A DNA stretch of 64,000 bases, from contig CM052817.1 in NCBI GenBank assembly GCA_028534125.1, positions 48,300,001-48,364,000 on the forward strand. Reading direction: 5' to 3'. The notes under the pieces are model-generated. The model saw nothing but the letters and a program-made list of their open reading frames with translations. It made no database searches and was not told where the DNA came from. Source of the stretch: Lama glama. Taxonomy: Eukaryota. Every line of letters begins with the position of its first letter. Position 1 is the first letter of the stretch. Positions 13,880 to 26,419 of the stretch are shown one piece after another. Both the position numbers and the translations under genes were made by a program.

Positions 13880-14090
13880 ATGACATAGAGAGGGCTTACG
13901 ACATGCTGAATACGTCATCTCATTCAGCCCACCCAACATCCTTTGAGGTAGTTACTGTTGTTACCACATGTTTATGAATAAGAAAAGTGAGACCCCCAAG
14001 AAGTTATGTAACTTGTCCAAGGTTACACAATTAGTACAGGTAGAACTGGTATTTCAAACCAGTTTTTCTAACAGCAGAACCTTTGCTCTT
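13880..14090 (-). mobile_element. MIR SINE
   Basis: ATCTCATTCAGCCCACCAACATCCTTTGAGGTAG...AAGTTATGTAACTTGTCCAAGGTTACACA...ATTTCAAACC. Confidence 0.8.
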
Positions 14091-15467
14091 ATAATATATG
14101 GATCCTTGGAAGTATTCAATGATAAGTGAGACTTGAGTCCACTTTAGAATCTCAGATGGCCCCTCCCAGATGGCTCCTCAGAGGATGGTGTGTAAAACAT
14201 GTGGGGTTTATAGGCAACCCCACCCTAATCCTGACTCTTCAGTTACTAATGGGCGATAATTAGCTCTGCTCTAATCTGTTCCAAGTGACAGGTGAACTTC
14301 TGGCTTTATCTCAGAAGAACTCAAAACACTTGTGCCCATGTAAGATTAGTGAGACGAGCATTCAGCTACACATATGAGTTCTTCTCTAAGTACATCAGGC
14401 TTAAAGCCAGTTCTGCTGGTCTCTAGATCATCAAAGACACGCTTAGCATTGAGTTCCAGAGCCCCAGCGCATCCAGCTAAAGGCCCTGGGATGAGACTAA
14501 CATTATATCCAGAAGCATTAAAACAGGGTCTATGATGAACCCCTGAGCCTGTGCTCATAGACGGCCTGGCTGCACTGGGCTCCAGAGCTACACATCCAAG
14601 AGGCAGGCACGCCAATGTACAGACAGGAGTCAAGTGCTTGTGGTACCCCTCCTGCCTGTCCCTACAGCACTATGAACCCCTAGGAGAGAAGTTCTGAGGG
14701 TTTGAAAACTTAACCAGAACAACATCAAAAGTGCTGAGGGTCCCAGTTGAGTCCAAAATATTAAGTTCTTTCAGGAGACTGACTGGGCTGGGCTTCAGTG
14801 ACTCAACAGCTCAAAGAAGACAAGTACTCACATCTGGGATCTAGTGAAGATACATGATCTGGGTTAAAGAGGAACCTCAGTGGCACTCAGCAATGGACTC
14901 CCCGCAGCTGGAATCCCCAGCAAGCACTGCCCACGGTCCACTGCCTCCTGTCATCCCGTGCAGCAGAGGCTGCATCATCCTGGCTCTCTAGGTGAAGGCC
15001 ACGGCCCCTGCTGCACACAGAGGACACAAAGCTTGCGGGCATTCCTGAGGACTGTCTAAAATTCACCACTAATCTCTCTAAGCACTACCCCTTCCCCGCT
15101 GGGGAAACACGACTGGGGTCCATAGTAACTGATTCAACCTATGGGGCAGTGCAGCCTTCAGAGACAACACAGCACACCAAGCAATCAGAAATGAAGGACT
15201 GCTGAAGTTCCCCACAGCATTACTGGAGACTCTCACTTATGCTCAGGACAGCAAAAGAGGAGAAAATCCCTGGCCTCTGGGGCTTGCATTCAAAGTCATA
15301 CAATCCAGCATTGTACCGACTGAGTATTCTCAATCAGTGGTATTGAGAGGCTGGAAAAACAAGTGGCAAGGGAGATATATAGAGCAAATGGCAGGGTCTG
15401 CTTTTAATAAAGCAAAGTTAGAAAGAGAATACAGAAACATTATACTTGTCCTCCTCCTTCATGGACC

Positions 15468-15983
15468 TGAGACAGGAGGGAAGGGGGCAGGGCACAACCA
15501 CTAAAAGAATGACACAGCAGTTAGCACCAAGATGGCAGAAGATTCGACTCCCAGTAGACTTTGAGCTTCATTAACATTCATTGTAAAACATTAGCCTGCT
15601 AAATGGTTCTCCCACAGGCACCATGACAGTTTCAAGGCTGACCATAAAAGGTCAAAAAGTAGGTGCTGGCCCAATTCATGGGAATCCCAGCCCCTGCCCC
15701 AAGTAGTTGGAATACTCCTCCCACTTGTTAGCATACGAAGCTACCAAGCCCATAAACACTAACAACCCCGCCCCTTGTGGTCACTCTCTCTGGCCTTCCG
15801 AGATGGCCTGCACTCTATGGAGTGTGCGTCTCTCTGAGTAAGTCTACCTTCACTCTACTATGGCTCACTCTTGAATTCTTTCCTGTGAGAAGGCAGGGAC
15901 TCTCACTTGGCAGGGCGCATCCCAGGGATTTGTCTGAGACCTGGGATACAACCATCTTCTCGCACCCCATTTTTCCTGTATCA
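15468..15983 (+). mobile_element. Solo LTR, ERV1 MER41-like
   Basis: 516 bp bounded by TG...CA (TGAGACAGG...CCTGTATCA); internal GGCACCATGACAGTT, CACTCTATGGAGTG and CTCTTGAATTCTTTCCTG motifs typical of MER41-family LTRs; flanking 4-mers (GACC/GAAT) match only partly. Confidence 0.8.
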
Positions 15984-17076
15984 GAATGTTCTCCCTATAA
16001 AGGGAAGCAGCTATAGATGGCAAGCATCATAAGCACCATAGTCAGAGCCCAGGCCATCATGTAGTCTAACCTGCACCTGGGTGGATGGCAGGATAAGTAA
16101 GATGAGCCCCTAGTAACAAAAACGGAACAGATCTACAGAGCCATGGGAGAATATACCCATGTCCCAGGAGTCTGGTGTATAGTTTGAAGCAGCCACACTG
16201 AGCTTTGAGTGTCCTTGAAGCCTTGTGTTCTATCTTAAATAGTCAATAGAACCACATTTTATTCCATAGCATATTCACATATGCTTTTATATTAAAAAAT
16301 GATTGAAACAACACTTTAAAAATATCTATATTTTTGAGTAAAATCAACTTTCTGGGGAAATGATTTGTGCCTCTCTCATTCGATTCCCCACGTATCCTTG
16401 GCACACTGTTCCATATACCTGTATTCAGGCCTCTGAGAGTCAGGAACACAGGGAAGGCCTAGGCGATCTGGAAGGCAACCTCCAGAAAACTCCACGGGAC
16501 AAGCCAACGTGCTGGCAAAGCAGGGCAAGGTATTTGGTAGCTGCCGTGAGGACAAAGTTGGAGAATTCAGTCCTCGGAAGTTCTGGCAAGAGGAAAGCAG
16601 GACTCTAAAAATTGGAGGAATGAGGGTGCCAAGTTAATAATGGGGGTATCAAGGCAGGGACAATCACTACAACTGCCCAAACTGGAAGAGTATTCTATTG
16701 ACAGCCTCCAGTTTCTGGGATTCACATCCTCGTGTAGCTCCTCCCCTTGAATCTGAGCTGCCTGCAACCAGAAGTGATGCTGTGCTAGACCCAGGACTAA
16801 GCCTTCAAAAAGCCTGCAGCTTCTGCTTTTGCACTCCAGGGGAAGCTAATCAAAATGTGAGAAACTTGACTGCTCTGGACCACCTTCCTGTGAGGAAGCT
16901 GAGACTGGTTACAGGGAGAAAAACCCAAGAATCCTGCCAAACACGGTACCCTTGTCTGGCTGCCCAGGTAAGTACCAATATGTCAGCCATGTGAGTAAAC
17001 CGTCTTGAAAGATAACACTGCATTGGGCAGAATCACACCATCCTTGCGGGGACATAATCAAAATAAAGAATAAGTA

Positions 17077-18470
17077 GATTTTCCAGTTCTGCAAGTGAGA
17101 AACTTAGAAGTTGCCACTCTGTCCTAACAACAAGTAAAAAACTCAACAGACTGAAAAATCGATAACTCTTCTTGGAGCCATAGGCGAGGGAAGGACACAC
17201 AGCAAACTGCTGCACCCTAGACTGGAGAGACCAACAGGACATGACAGAGAATAACAATTTACCTGAGCAGAGGCTCCCAGGCAGATACCACTGTAGGAAT
17301 CAGTGCCTGGGTAGGAAAACCTCAACTGTAACTGAGGAATTGCTGGAGTCTCAATGCAGACAACTCTGAGCGCTAAAGACTCCAGCTAGGGGAGAGTGTG
17401 GCTCAAGTGATAAGAGCACATGTCAGCATACACAAGGTCCTAGGTTCAATCCCCAGTACCTCCTCTAAAAATATTAATAAGTAAACCTAATTACCTCCCT
17501 CCCCAAAATAAAAAATTTAAAGATGCCAGGAGGACCCAGTCTTGAGCAAGCAGAGGGGAAGGGGGAGCCACAATATTATAAGATTTACCACCAAGAGCTC
17601 AACCAAATTCTCATAGCAAATATAGAAGAAAAATCTCCCCATGTTTCTGGCAGGGGAAGAGAGAAAGGAATCATTTTGCAATAAGCCAGAGCACTCTGTT
17701 CTTCTTAACAAGGCCTGCCCTCAGGGGAAACTAGTTAACCAGAGTCTAACCTGCTGGGGCATTATCAGAGCCTAACTGACTTGGCAGAAGGGAAATACAC
17801 AAATCCAGCAGCTCTGGGCTCCCTTGTGGGAGGAGGGAAACACCCATCTCCAGCCCACTCTAGACATCTTGTTTCACCTAAGAGGGGAGGGAAAAACAAA
17901 CAAACAAACAAACAAACAAAAAACAAAACCCTGTGGAGTGCTTATGAAGTTCACAGTCCAAAGGCACAGACTCACTAAAGACTGGACATAATCATAGGAT
18001 TATAGAACCCTTCCCCTCCCCCACACCTCACCACTACATTTCTAAAGGCCGGTTTATAGCAGTTCTTTTTAGCCAGTACAACATGCCCGGCTATCAAGAA
18101 GAAATTACAAGGCATACCAAAAGACAAATAAACACATTTTCAAGAGACAGAGCAAGCATCAGAACCAAACATGGCAGCAACACAGGAATTATTAGACTAG
18201 GAATTTAAAACACCTATGATCAATATGCTAAGGGCTCAAATGGATAAAGTAGACAGCATGCAAAAACAGATGGGCAATGTAAGCAGAGAAATGGAAACTC
18301 TAAGAAAGAAGCAACCAGAAATGCCAGAGATGAAAAACACTGTAACGGAAATGAAGAATGCCTCTGATGGGCTTATGGGTTGGCTGGACATGGCTAAGGA
18401 GGGAATCTCTGAGCTAGAAAATATACCAATATAATCCTTAAAACATAAAAGCAAAAGAACAAAGGCTGAA
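17077..18470 (+). mobile_element. Old L1 (L1MC/L1M4-like) 5' UTR and ORF1 N-terminal fragment
   Basis: ORF 18216-18434 (MINMLRAQMDKVDSMQKQMGNVSREMETLRK...EMKNTVTEMKNA) resembles the L1 ORF1p coiled coil; upstream sequence resembles an old L1 5' UTR. Confidence 0.8.
17389..17517 (+). mobile_element. tRNA-derived SINE, camelid Vic-1-like, nested in L1
   Basis: GGGGAGAGTG start, A-box TGGCTCAAGTG, B-box GGTTCAATCCC, AAACCTAATTACCTCCC body end, A-rich tail; target-site duplication TAAAGACTCCAG (17374-17385) / TAAAGATGCCAG (17518-17529). Confidence 0.85.
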
Positions 18471-19527
18471 GAATAATAAGCAAATAAATGATCATTGTTT
18501 AAACCAGTGAGTTTCAGGGAGAATAAATACCTGAACAACACAGAAAAGCTTTAGCCTTATAGAGCCACCCCGGAAAGAGGGTCCAAGTGGGACCTTGAGA
18601 AGATGGTTTCATGCTTCCCATGCTACTAACCTAAGGCTCCTAAAATTTTCCCTGTGGAGTTCAGGGACAAAGAACTCCACACAGCTCAAGCGCTTTCACT
18701 CACTTCCAAATTATAATGAAACTACGCCGAATTTCCCCAAATCTCACCCTGATAAATGTGGAAATCGCCAACTGCACCTACATTAACTGATAAGCAATGC
18801 TAATCTATAGCTTTGTCTGTTTCTTTGCTGCTCGGGGCTTGCTAGTTCTCACCACAATTTCTCCATCTCCATCAGCACTGGGGTGAGTTTGAGCTCTCTG
18901 TCTTGCCTGTACAGTGACCAACACAGTGATACACACGTGCAGGTACTTAATATCCCACCGAGAACAACGGTAGCAGAGCTTATGATTTCTGGATGACTTG
19001 GGGTCGGTCAATACTAGTTGCGGAGGAACATTGGAAAAGGAAGTACAACTTCAAAATTCCAAGTAGGTACACAGTTGGTAAAGCTACATAGGGCAAAGCG
19101 ATGACTTTCTCTTTCTCTTTCACTCACTGTGCAGTAGCTGTAAGCAACTGCAAAAGGGATAACAGTTATCAAGGTCCTATTACGGAATGCAAAGCTTTGG
19201 AGGAAACCTGCAATATCAGTCTATCCTTCTGCATCGAAGTAGAACCAAATACACTCCTCATCCTTGCTACACAAACCACTTAGAGAAAAGCATTAGGTAT
19301 TATCCAAGAGGTAGCATCCGTGCAACTTAACTTGCTGTAACTGCTAAAACCAACGGGAGCCTCAGCCACAGAATGCCACTTCTATTTCCATGGAAATAGA
19401 CAGGCTTTGGGCAAATTCAAAGTGCATGCTTAAAAATAATTTTGTAGCTTCCTTTGAGCCGGGACACACCGTCAGCTGATACACATTTTAGAGCTCCCGA
19501 CGACATGTGTCTGGAGAAGGGGTGGAT

Positions 19528-19578
19528 TAATAATAGCTTATATTTCTATAATGCTTTTCATCCCAAAGGATCCCAAAC
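19528..19578 (-). mobile_element. Ancient SINE 3' tail relic (AmnSINE-like)
   Basis: Minus strand reads TTTGGGATCCTTTGGGATGAAAAGCATTATAGAAATATAAGCTATTATTA, close to the recalled AmnSINE1 3' terminus. Confidence 0.55.
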
Positions 19579-20844
19579 AAGGGAAACAAGCTAAATCTTT
19601 TCTTCTTGTTCAAAGGAAAAACCTTAGTGAATTTCAAAGCAGTCCTAAACATGAGAACTAATTACAAAGAAATTCACTTTTTTAAAGTGTCAGGACGTAA
19701 TTATTATTTTTTTAAAACTTAAATAGTATCCACATTGCTCCTGGGAGCTCACAAAGAAATGCCGCCATCACCATCTCCGAAAGCTATCATCTCTTTCCTA
19801 CAAAGACAACAGTTGCAGTGCCAAGAGATTTGGAGACATTATGGGTGAAGAGATAAAAATAATAATAATAATTAACAGTTGCACAGGAAACTCCATCTGG
19901 AGTGTCTGATAACACAGCAGGAGATGGATACAGATGGGAAAAGGTGGGTGGCACAGGGTAGAGCTTGTCCCAATCTCAGGCGCTTGGGACCTCAAACACA
20001 CTCAGATGAGTGCAGGCTTGGTTCTTTCCACTCCCTGTGATTCAGATGGAACCAGCCAGGCCAGAGCCAGCGTGTTTTACCAGTGTCCAGGAAATCTGGG
20101 CTCTGGATCATGGTATTACTCCATCTGGCTTCATGACAAGGTCAATAATACATTTACCAGTGTTTGATAATCCTAGATTAATATAGATTTTCATTCTCTA
20201 AAGTACGGATTCTTTCTTATCCTTAACCCGGGTGATTTGCATATACTTCCACATAGTAATTCTAGGCACAATGCTGCCTATTCTGAGCTTTTTACCCTGA
20301 TTGGCAGCTAATTAGAACCTTGCCATGTTGGCAGGTGTCGAGATGAAAAGACATCATAAATCCAGTTACAGCACAGACAATGGCTTTTTAATAATCTGTT
20401 TAAGTCATGCAGTTCCCAACTATCTCACGCTTTTAGGATGAGTAGTTACTTGATCCTGGAGGAGTGCTGAACTAGGAGGACCTCTGCTGTTAAAAAAGAA
20501 CCATCATCTTTACAGGGACAGCAAAAGTGCACTTCCGAAAAGGCAAAGCTGAAAGAAGCCACCATAAGGATCCTCAAAAAGGAAGCAAGATTTCTTTTTC
20601 ATCAATTCGTTTCCTTTCTACAGAGATGCCAAACCAGCGTGAGGTGGACAGACACACCCCCACCCTCCCATCTGCCACTGTTAGTGAACATGATCTTATG
20701 ATGGAGAAGGCAGAAAACTAAGCTGCCGAGAAGATAAAATTATCTCTTTCGGAAAAGAGAATATATTAATTGTGTGGTGACTCTAAATAAAGCCATTCTC
20801 ACTGTTTAGTGTCCTTGTCTGAGACTTTAACGTACACCACTTAC

Positions 20845-20920
20845 TTGCTGTTCTTACTGACGACTATATTCTCAGCATGGGATAGACGCGTAAATGGGAG
20901 GACTTTCTCCCACTGCGTCT
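20845..20920 (-). other. candidate internal exon (76 nt)
   Basis: Minus strand: branch-like GCTGAC, polypyrimidine CCTTTTCCTTCGCAG acceptor, CAA|GTAAGT donor; one open frame (ETQWEKVLPFTRLSHAENIVVSKNS); CpGs retained. Confidence 0.5.
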
Positions 20921-21707
20921 CTGCGAAGGAAAAGGCTGTCAGCATGACTACCTTCACACACACCCTCCCCCACAGAGGGTTTTGTGAGTGCCAAAGCTGT
21001 CTCTCCTTAACTTGATTTGTTTCCAAAAAAGGTATTGGTTCCACAAATTTTCAGAGCAGATCTGTTATTTGCATAGCCTTGTGTTAGGTGCTGCGGGGAT
21101 ACAAAAGCCTAAGAGAGAGATTTTTGCCTTTGAGAAGCTGCCTAATAAGATATACATATATTAAAAAATAGTACAATAAAAGAGGTATCTTAAGGTATGC
21201 TATCACTTGGTGCTAAGAGCATATTAAAAATAATAGGTACTATTCATGTAACAAAATGAGAAAACTCTGAAAACTGAAGAACCCAAGGAAGTCTTTGTGG
21301 AACAGGTCCTTGAAGACAGATAAAATCTGAGCTGGCCAGAAGAAAAGGGGATATTGCAAGCTGGAATTCGGGGTAGGACTTACTTGGATAATGACGCTAG
21401 GATAGGAATATAAAGACTTGTTTTAGGGACTGGGAATAATTCAGGCTAGCTAAAGAGAAGAGCTCCTTTGGGGCCAAACTTTGAGTTCTTTAATATCTGA
21501 TTCAATAATAATAATTCAATAATAATAGTTTGGATTGTGCATCTTATTAGCAAAGATTTTTTAGCACACCTCCGATTATATGTATACACATAATACATGT
21601 CCAACAAACTGATATATCATGCACTTTAGAGGACATATTTAAAGAATGAAATAAATAATATTAAAAGAAATTTTTTTGTATTTATGGTAGAAAAAACCTT
21701 TTTGTCA

Positions 21708-21810
21708 AAGGATATGAAAAGAAATACATGTATGTCTGAAATATTATGCTGTACACCAGAAATTGACACAACATTGAAAATTGACTATACTTCAATTTTA
21801 AAGATGGGTA
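21708..21810 (+). mobile_element. Very short 5'-truncated L1 3' end
   Basis: ATGCTGTACACCAGAAATTGACACAACATTG...GACTATACTTCAAT; target-site duplication core CCTTTTTGTCA at 21697-21707 and 21817-21827. Confidence 0.88.
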
Positions 21811-23269
21811 AAAAATCCTTTTTGTCATCAGTGGAAAAAATCAATACTTTTAATGAGAGCAATATGATTTAATATACTCTGTTAATCTTCGAATAATGTT
21901 TGGTGTCACAGTGATCCAAAAGTCTGACTCCACACTCATTTTATTTCCATAGTTGACTTAGGCTGACATAGGTGGCAAAAGATATGTGAGTGGGTTTTTT
22001 CCCCCTTTTAAATAAGAAAGGAATCTCAAAAGAATTTACCATTCTGTTCAGCAACATTCTATGTTTTATCGTGTCAAACGTCTTTAAATACCATTAAAAT
22101 ATTTTTGTTTTCTGAAAATAGAGACAAATATACCAGGAAGCTTCAGTTCAAGACCCCTCACCTGCCTGAGCATCTCCCCTGAAATGTTTCCACATGGTCA
22201 TATATTTCAGGAAAGGTTGCAGAGGTGAGAGAGGGAAGACATTTTGGCCACAATTTAGAGCACCGTTTCTTTCTACTCTGACTGCCTCTGTTACATTTCC
22301 TTTGTGTTTGATAGGGCATAAGTGGCTGCCAGCACTTTTTGGATCCAAATAAGGGGAAACGGAGTTGGGAGCACTTTTAGCTCAGGTTTAGTGGGATATA
22401 TTTATACGGTTCCTAGGCTCTTCCACGTGTACTGAGGTTACCACTAGCCATCCCCAGGAGAAGATGCCTTCCGGGAATGTTCCTGCCCACTGTAGTGATT
22501 CATGCATGGTTGTGACATGAAGATGCAATATGAGTGTGTTCTATGGTGTGTGGGGCCAAAAACTCATGAAAGGGGAAGAAAGAGAAACAAGGTTCAAAGT
22601 TACAGAACCAGAAGCTAGTCTGCGGAAAATTCTTCTAGTCATCAGATAATGTAAGATTATAAATAAAGGATATGGTTCTCTAGTGGAAATTCTGTCATCA
22701 TATTTAATTTTTAAGTAAATCGTGTATTTTTTTAGTATTATTTTTTATAGCATTCATGTGAAACCGACTTTTTCATAATTCCTGTGTTTTTAGGACACAA
22801 ACCTATAACAATACTACAATCAACGAGTATGTCTGTGTGTGAAGTCACATATTCTGTGTATCCCAGCTGTGAGAGCACATCTTACCTTGTCTTATGTATC
22901 TTGTCCTGATGAATTCTTACAGGCCCCAATAAACTGGCATACAAAATTGCCACCAGCATAGCAAAACAAATAAAGAACAAGTCTTCCTATGGCGGATCTC
23001 CTACACATGTTTATCAATAAGGAAAAATATATAGCATAAGAATAATTTGATTATACATTTATGTAGCTCACTGCAACATAAAAGAAGTTTTTAAATGCAT
23101 TTGAATTTGCTCTGATTAATTAGTATTGTTAACTCAAAGAGCATTTAAAGTTAGTCTTGCATGATAAAATATGAACCTCCCTGAAATCTTATAGCTCAAA
23201 CATAAACATGATAAAGGTTTCCTCAAATTTGACTATAACCCAAAAAATCTAGATAACATTATTAACAGC

Positions 23270-23652
23270 AAATTATTATCAATAATAAAAAACAAATTTT
23301 GACCAGCCATGCTAAAGGAAAGTATGAATTATCTTTCAATTTTGTCTTTAGAAAATATTACGAAGTAATTGTCATACGAAGGAGTTGCTCAAAGAAGAGG
23401 TAGCTAAAAAAGTATACGAAAAAGGTGTTATAGAGGCATGTCAGCAGTTCATTTATAAGAAATACTATGTTGTTTTTCTGGATCTTGTGTTGTTTTTGGT
23501 GTTTCCAGCTTTTTAAAATGAGTAATCTGCTGTGATTTCTTTTCTTATTCTAAATAAATGTTCATTTTCACACTCAATTTTGCATTTGCAATTTTGTGTT
23601 TTTTCTCTGAAACAAACTCAGGTTCAAGCTCCACAAAATCTGAATATGCCCT
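23270..23652. mobile_element. hAT-Tip100 (Arthur1-like) terminal fragment
   Basis: TGTGATTTCTTTTCTTATTCTAAATAAATGTTCATTTTC...CTCCACAAAATCTGAATATGCCC resembles the Arthur1 end; a similar stub lies at about 45113-45190. Confidence 0.65.
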
Positions 23653-23874
23653 TTTTAAGTGCTCAGTTTACAAATATCTTGCTAATTTAATGGCTTCGTA
23701 CTATCACTAACTAAAATCTCAAGCACACTATACACTTCAAGGGAGATGTATTATTAAAATGTAAGAATTCATACTTCAAATTGTCATCTCAGTAATTCTG
23801 AATCATTTTGACCAAATGTCAGACCTGATGAGTTGCATTATTTTTACTGTGTAATGTAACTTCCAAAATGTTTA

Positions 23875-24045
23875 TACTAAAAATAGAAGTAACAGCTTGG
23901 CCTTTTTTGTTGTTCTCTTATACTTGTAGTTACTGTTCTCTTCAGTCTGTGGTTTCTTTCCAGAAATCTTTTTAAGCTGCTTGTCCATTCATGAAACCAT
24001 ATAATCAATAAATCATAAGCAGAAGCACCTAAATAGGAAAATATC
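23875..24045 (-). mobile_element. hAT-Charlie transposase 5' relic
   Basis: Minus strand ATGGACAAGCAGCTTAAAAAGATTTCTGGAAAGAAACCACAGACTGAAG (MDKQLKKISGKKPQTE) resembles the start of Charlie-family transposases. Confidence 0.45.
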
Positions 24046-24409
24046 ACAGTATTATGGAAGCTAACCCACAAAATGAGGGTTCCACTGCTCTCCACTAAGT
24101 ACCCTGAAGTTTTGGCTATTACTTCAAGATGTCTCAGGTACACAAGGGACATGATTATCCATCATAAAGCCTGAAAGACAGTTCCTGTATCAATCTGTAT
24201 TTGACACGCTAGCAAAGTTTAATTTCTTTTCTTTTTTACTTACAAAATGTATATATAATTGGTTATCTAGTGGGAAAGATAGGAATAACAAGTTCTGCTA
24301 CATTCTTGTATTCCAGTGGATTGCCTTTCACAGCTGAGTACACCCACCTCACTTTGGAGATTGCTGGGCTAGTTAATGGATATAAACTTATCTTGGGAAA
24401 AAAAGAAAC

Positions 24410-24650
24410 CACTGAAGATTTTTGAGCAAAGGAGAGACATTAAAGCAGTATTCTTGGAAAATGGTTTTAGCAATGCTGTTCAAGATGGATTGAACAATAG
24501 AGTTTGGAGGTAGAAAGATGAGCTAGGAGGCAGAGCAATAAACCAAAAATGAGGTGATATGAATGAAATTAGTAGTGTGGCAATGGGAATAAGAAAGAAG
24601 AAACAAAAGCAACTGACCTGTTAAAAGAATGAACAGAATTTACAATGCAC
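24410..24650 (-). mobile_element. L2 fragment
   Basis: CCACTGAAGATTTTTGAGCAAAGGAGAGACAT...CAAGATGGATTG...TAGGAGGC is typical antisense L2. Confidence 0.65.
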
Positions 24651-25514
24651 TCATTTACCAGACAGGTTTTGAAGGTGTGGGTGGGTTTAGGACATCTGAT
24701 TAACTGGTATGTGTCCTGTGATTACATCATATGTCAAATTACCAGACTGTTTGTATGTCCTCTGGGAAAGCAGAGTGTTAAAGTGCTACAACCACACAAA
24801 TAAACATACCAGAGAAATTAAAGCAGTGCGCATAAACATATGGGATTCAGCTGCCTAATTAAAATCCTAGAGAGCCAACAATGGTCTAAAACTGTAAGAG
24901 TTCAGTGACTGCCAGAAGAAGGCAGCAAATTAGACACTCAAAGTGGAAACATTTCAGATTTGTCCCAACTGACACTTCCAATCAAGAATCAGCAAATTTT
25001 TAAACACCAGTTAAAACCAGCCCAGTCAAAAATATCCAAAGGGTATATCGATTTTAGATGCTTAGAGTGATTTGATGCAGAAGATCCTCAGTGAACTAGA
25101 TCATTTTCCCTATTGATAGACCAGAGCATTGAATAAAACAGGACAGAATGAGGAAGAATACCATCTTCGCATAATTTCAAAATGTCTATATAAATTAAAT
25201 CACTTTTTACATTTAGTTATTTTATTTTTGTTAACTTTTTTTCAAATTAGTACCTACTCAGGGTTAAATATTCAATGAAAGTTTCTAATGAAAGCTTTGT
25301 CCTGCCCTACAAACACACAGCCTCCCAATCATTCTCCTATAATCATATTTAAATAATTCAGTGATTATATAAAAATCTTTAGAAAAGCTGTTATTTTAAA
25401 CTTAATATCTATAAATCATTATATTTTGCTTTATGCTATGAGAAATGAAGATTTATCTATTTATACCACTGCCAGCCAGTTTCCCCAGTTCAGCCAACAG
25501 TGCTACATCTCATA

Positions 25515-26418
25515 GTATGTAGGAACCTACTTGTATCAGACTGCAAGATCCTATTGTTTTAGAAATTTTGCAGGCCAATTGTTAAACACAACCATTACTA
25601 AAAATTAAATTACACACACTTATAGTTAAATAAATTATATTAAAACCATAGGCAACAAACACTCAAAGGTTACACATCCAAATTATGTTACTACATTTTA
25701 CCATTATCTATGTTATTGAGGTTACTCACATTTATTATATCTATATGGCAGAAATACTATATAGTGGAATGCTACTACACATACCTTCCCAACTTTTTGT
25801 TTAATGAGACCACAGTGGTTGCTTAACAATGACCGTGGTAGGAGTATTTCACTATATAAATCAGCAAATGCCAGAACTCTAGGTTTGATTTATTGGTTTG
25901 ATTGTCTAGACTTGTCTAGAGTCAGGAAAATAATGGAGAAATTTTTAATAATTTAGATAAAATGTAAAAGTGTGTTATGTCTATACCCATTACATTGTGA
26001 ATAGACCAAAAATGAGGAAATATTTTTCCTTTATTCAAAAAATATTATTCATTTCAGCAAAGAGGTTGCTCATGTCATTGGTAAATGAGTGAAGTTCCGA
26101 CATATGTCTTTATTGTTTCACTATTTTCTTACTTGTTAAGGTAAAAGAAAATTCAACTAACATTCATATTAGAAGTATGTTCCTTTGTAAGTTGCAACCA
26201 TAGGTTTGCTATGGTTCAAGAATTCAGTAAAAATCAACAAAAGCATTATGTGAGAATCAATTGCTTGATGGAATTTACAATAAAGGGTTTTGTATATTTT
26301 ATTATTATTTGTATATTATGGGCTATGTATCCTTTACATAAGGAAATTTGACAATAAATGTATAGATATACGTGCATTTTTTAGAGTTTTTTTTTAAACA
26401 TTGACTAACACACTACTG
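25515..26418. mobile_element. MER63 (long form) hAT-Blackjack non-autonomous element
   Basis: AATTTTGCAGGCCAATTGTTAAACACAACCATTACTAAAAATTAAATTA start and TAAACATTGACTAACACACTACTG end match MER63; about 0.9 kb. Confidence 0.8.
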
Positions 26419-26419
26419 G

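Noticed and set aside
22469..22477. Perfect GAS motif TTCCGGGAA
   Set aside because: Isolated 9-mer with no supporting cluster
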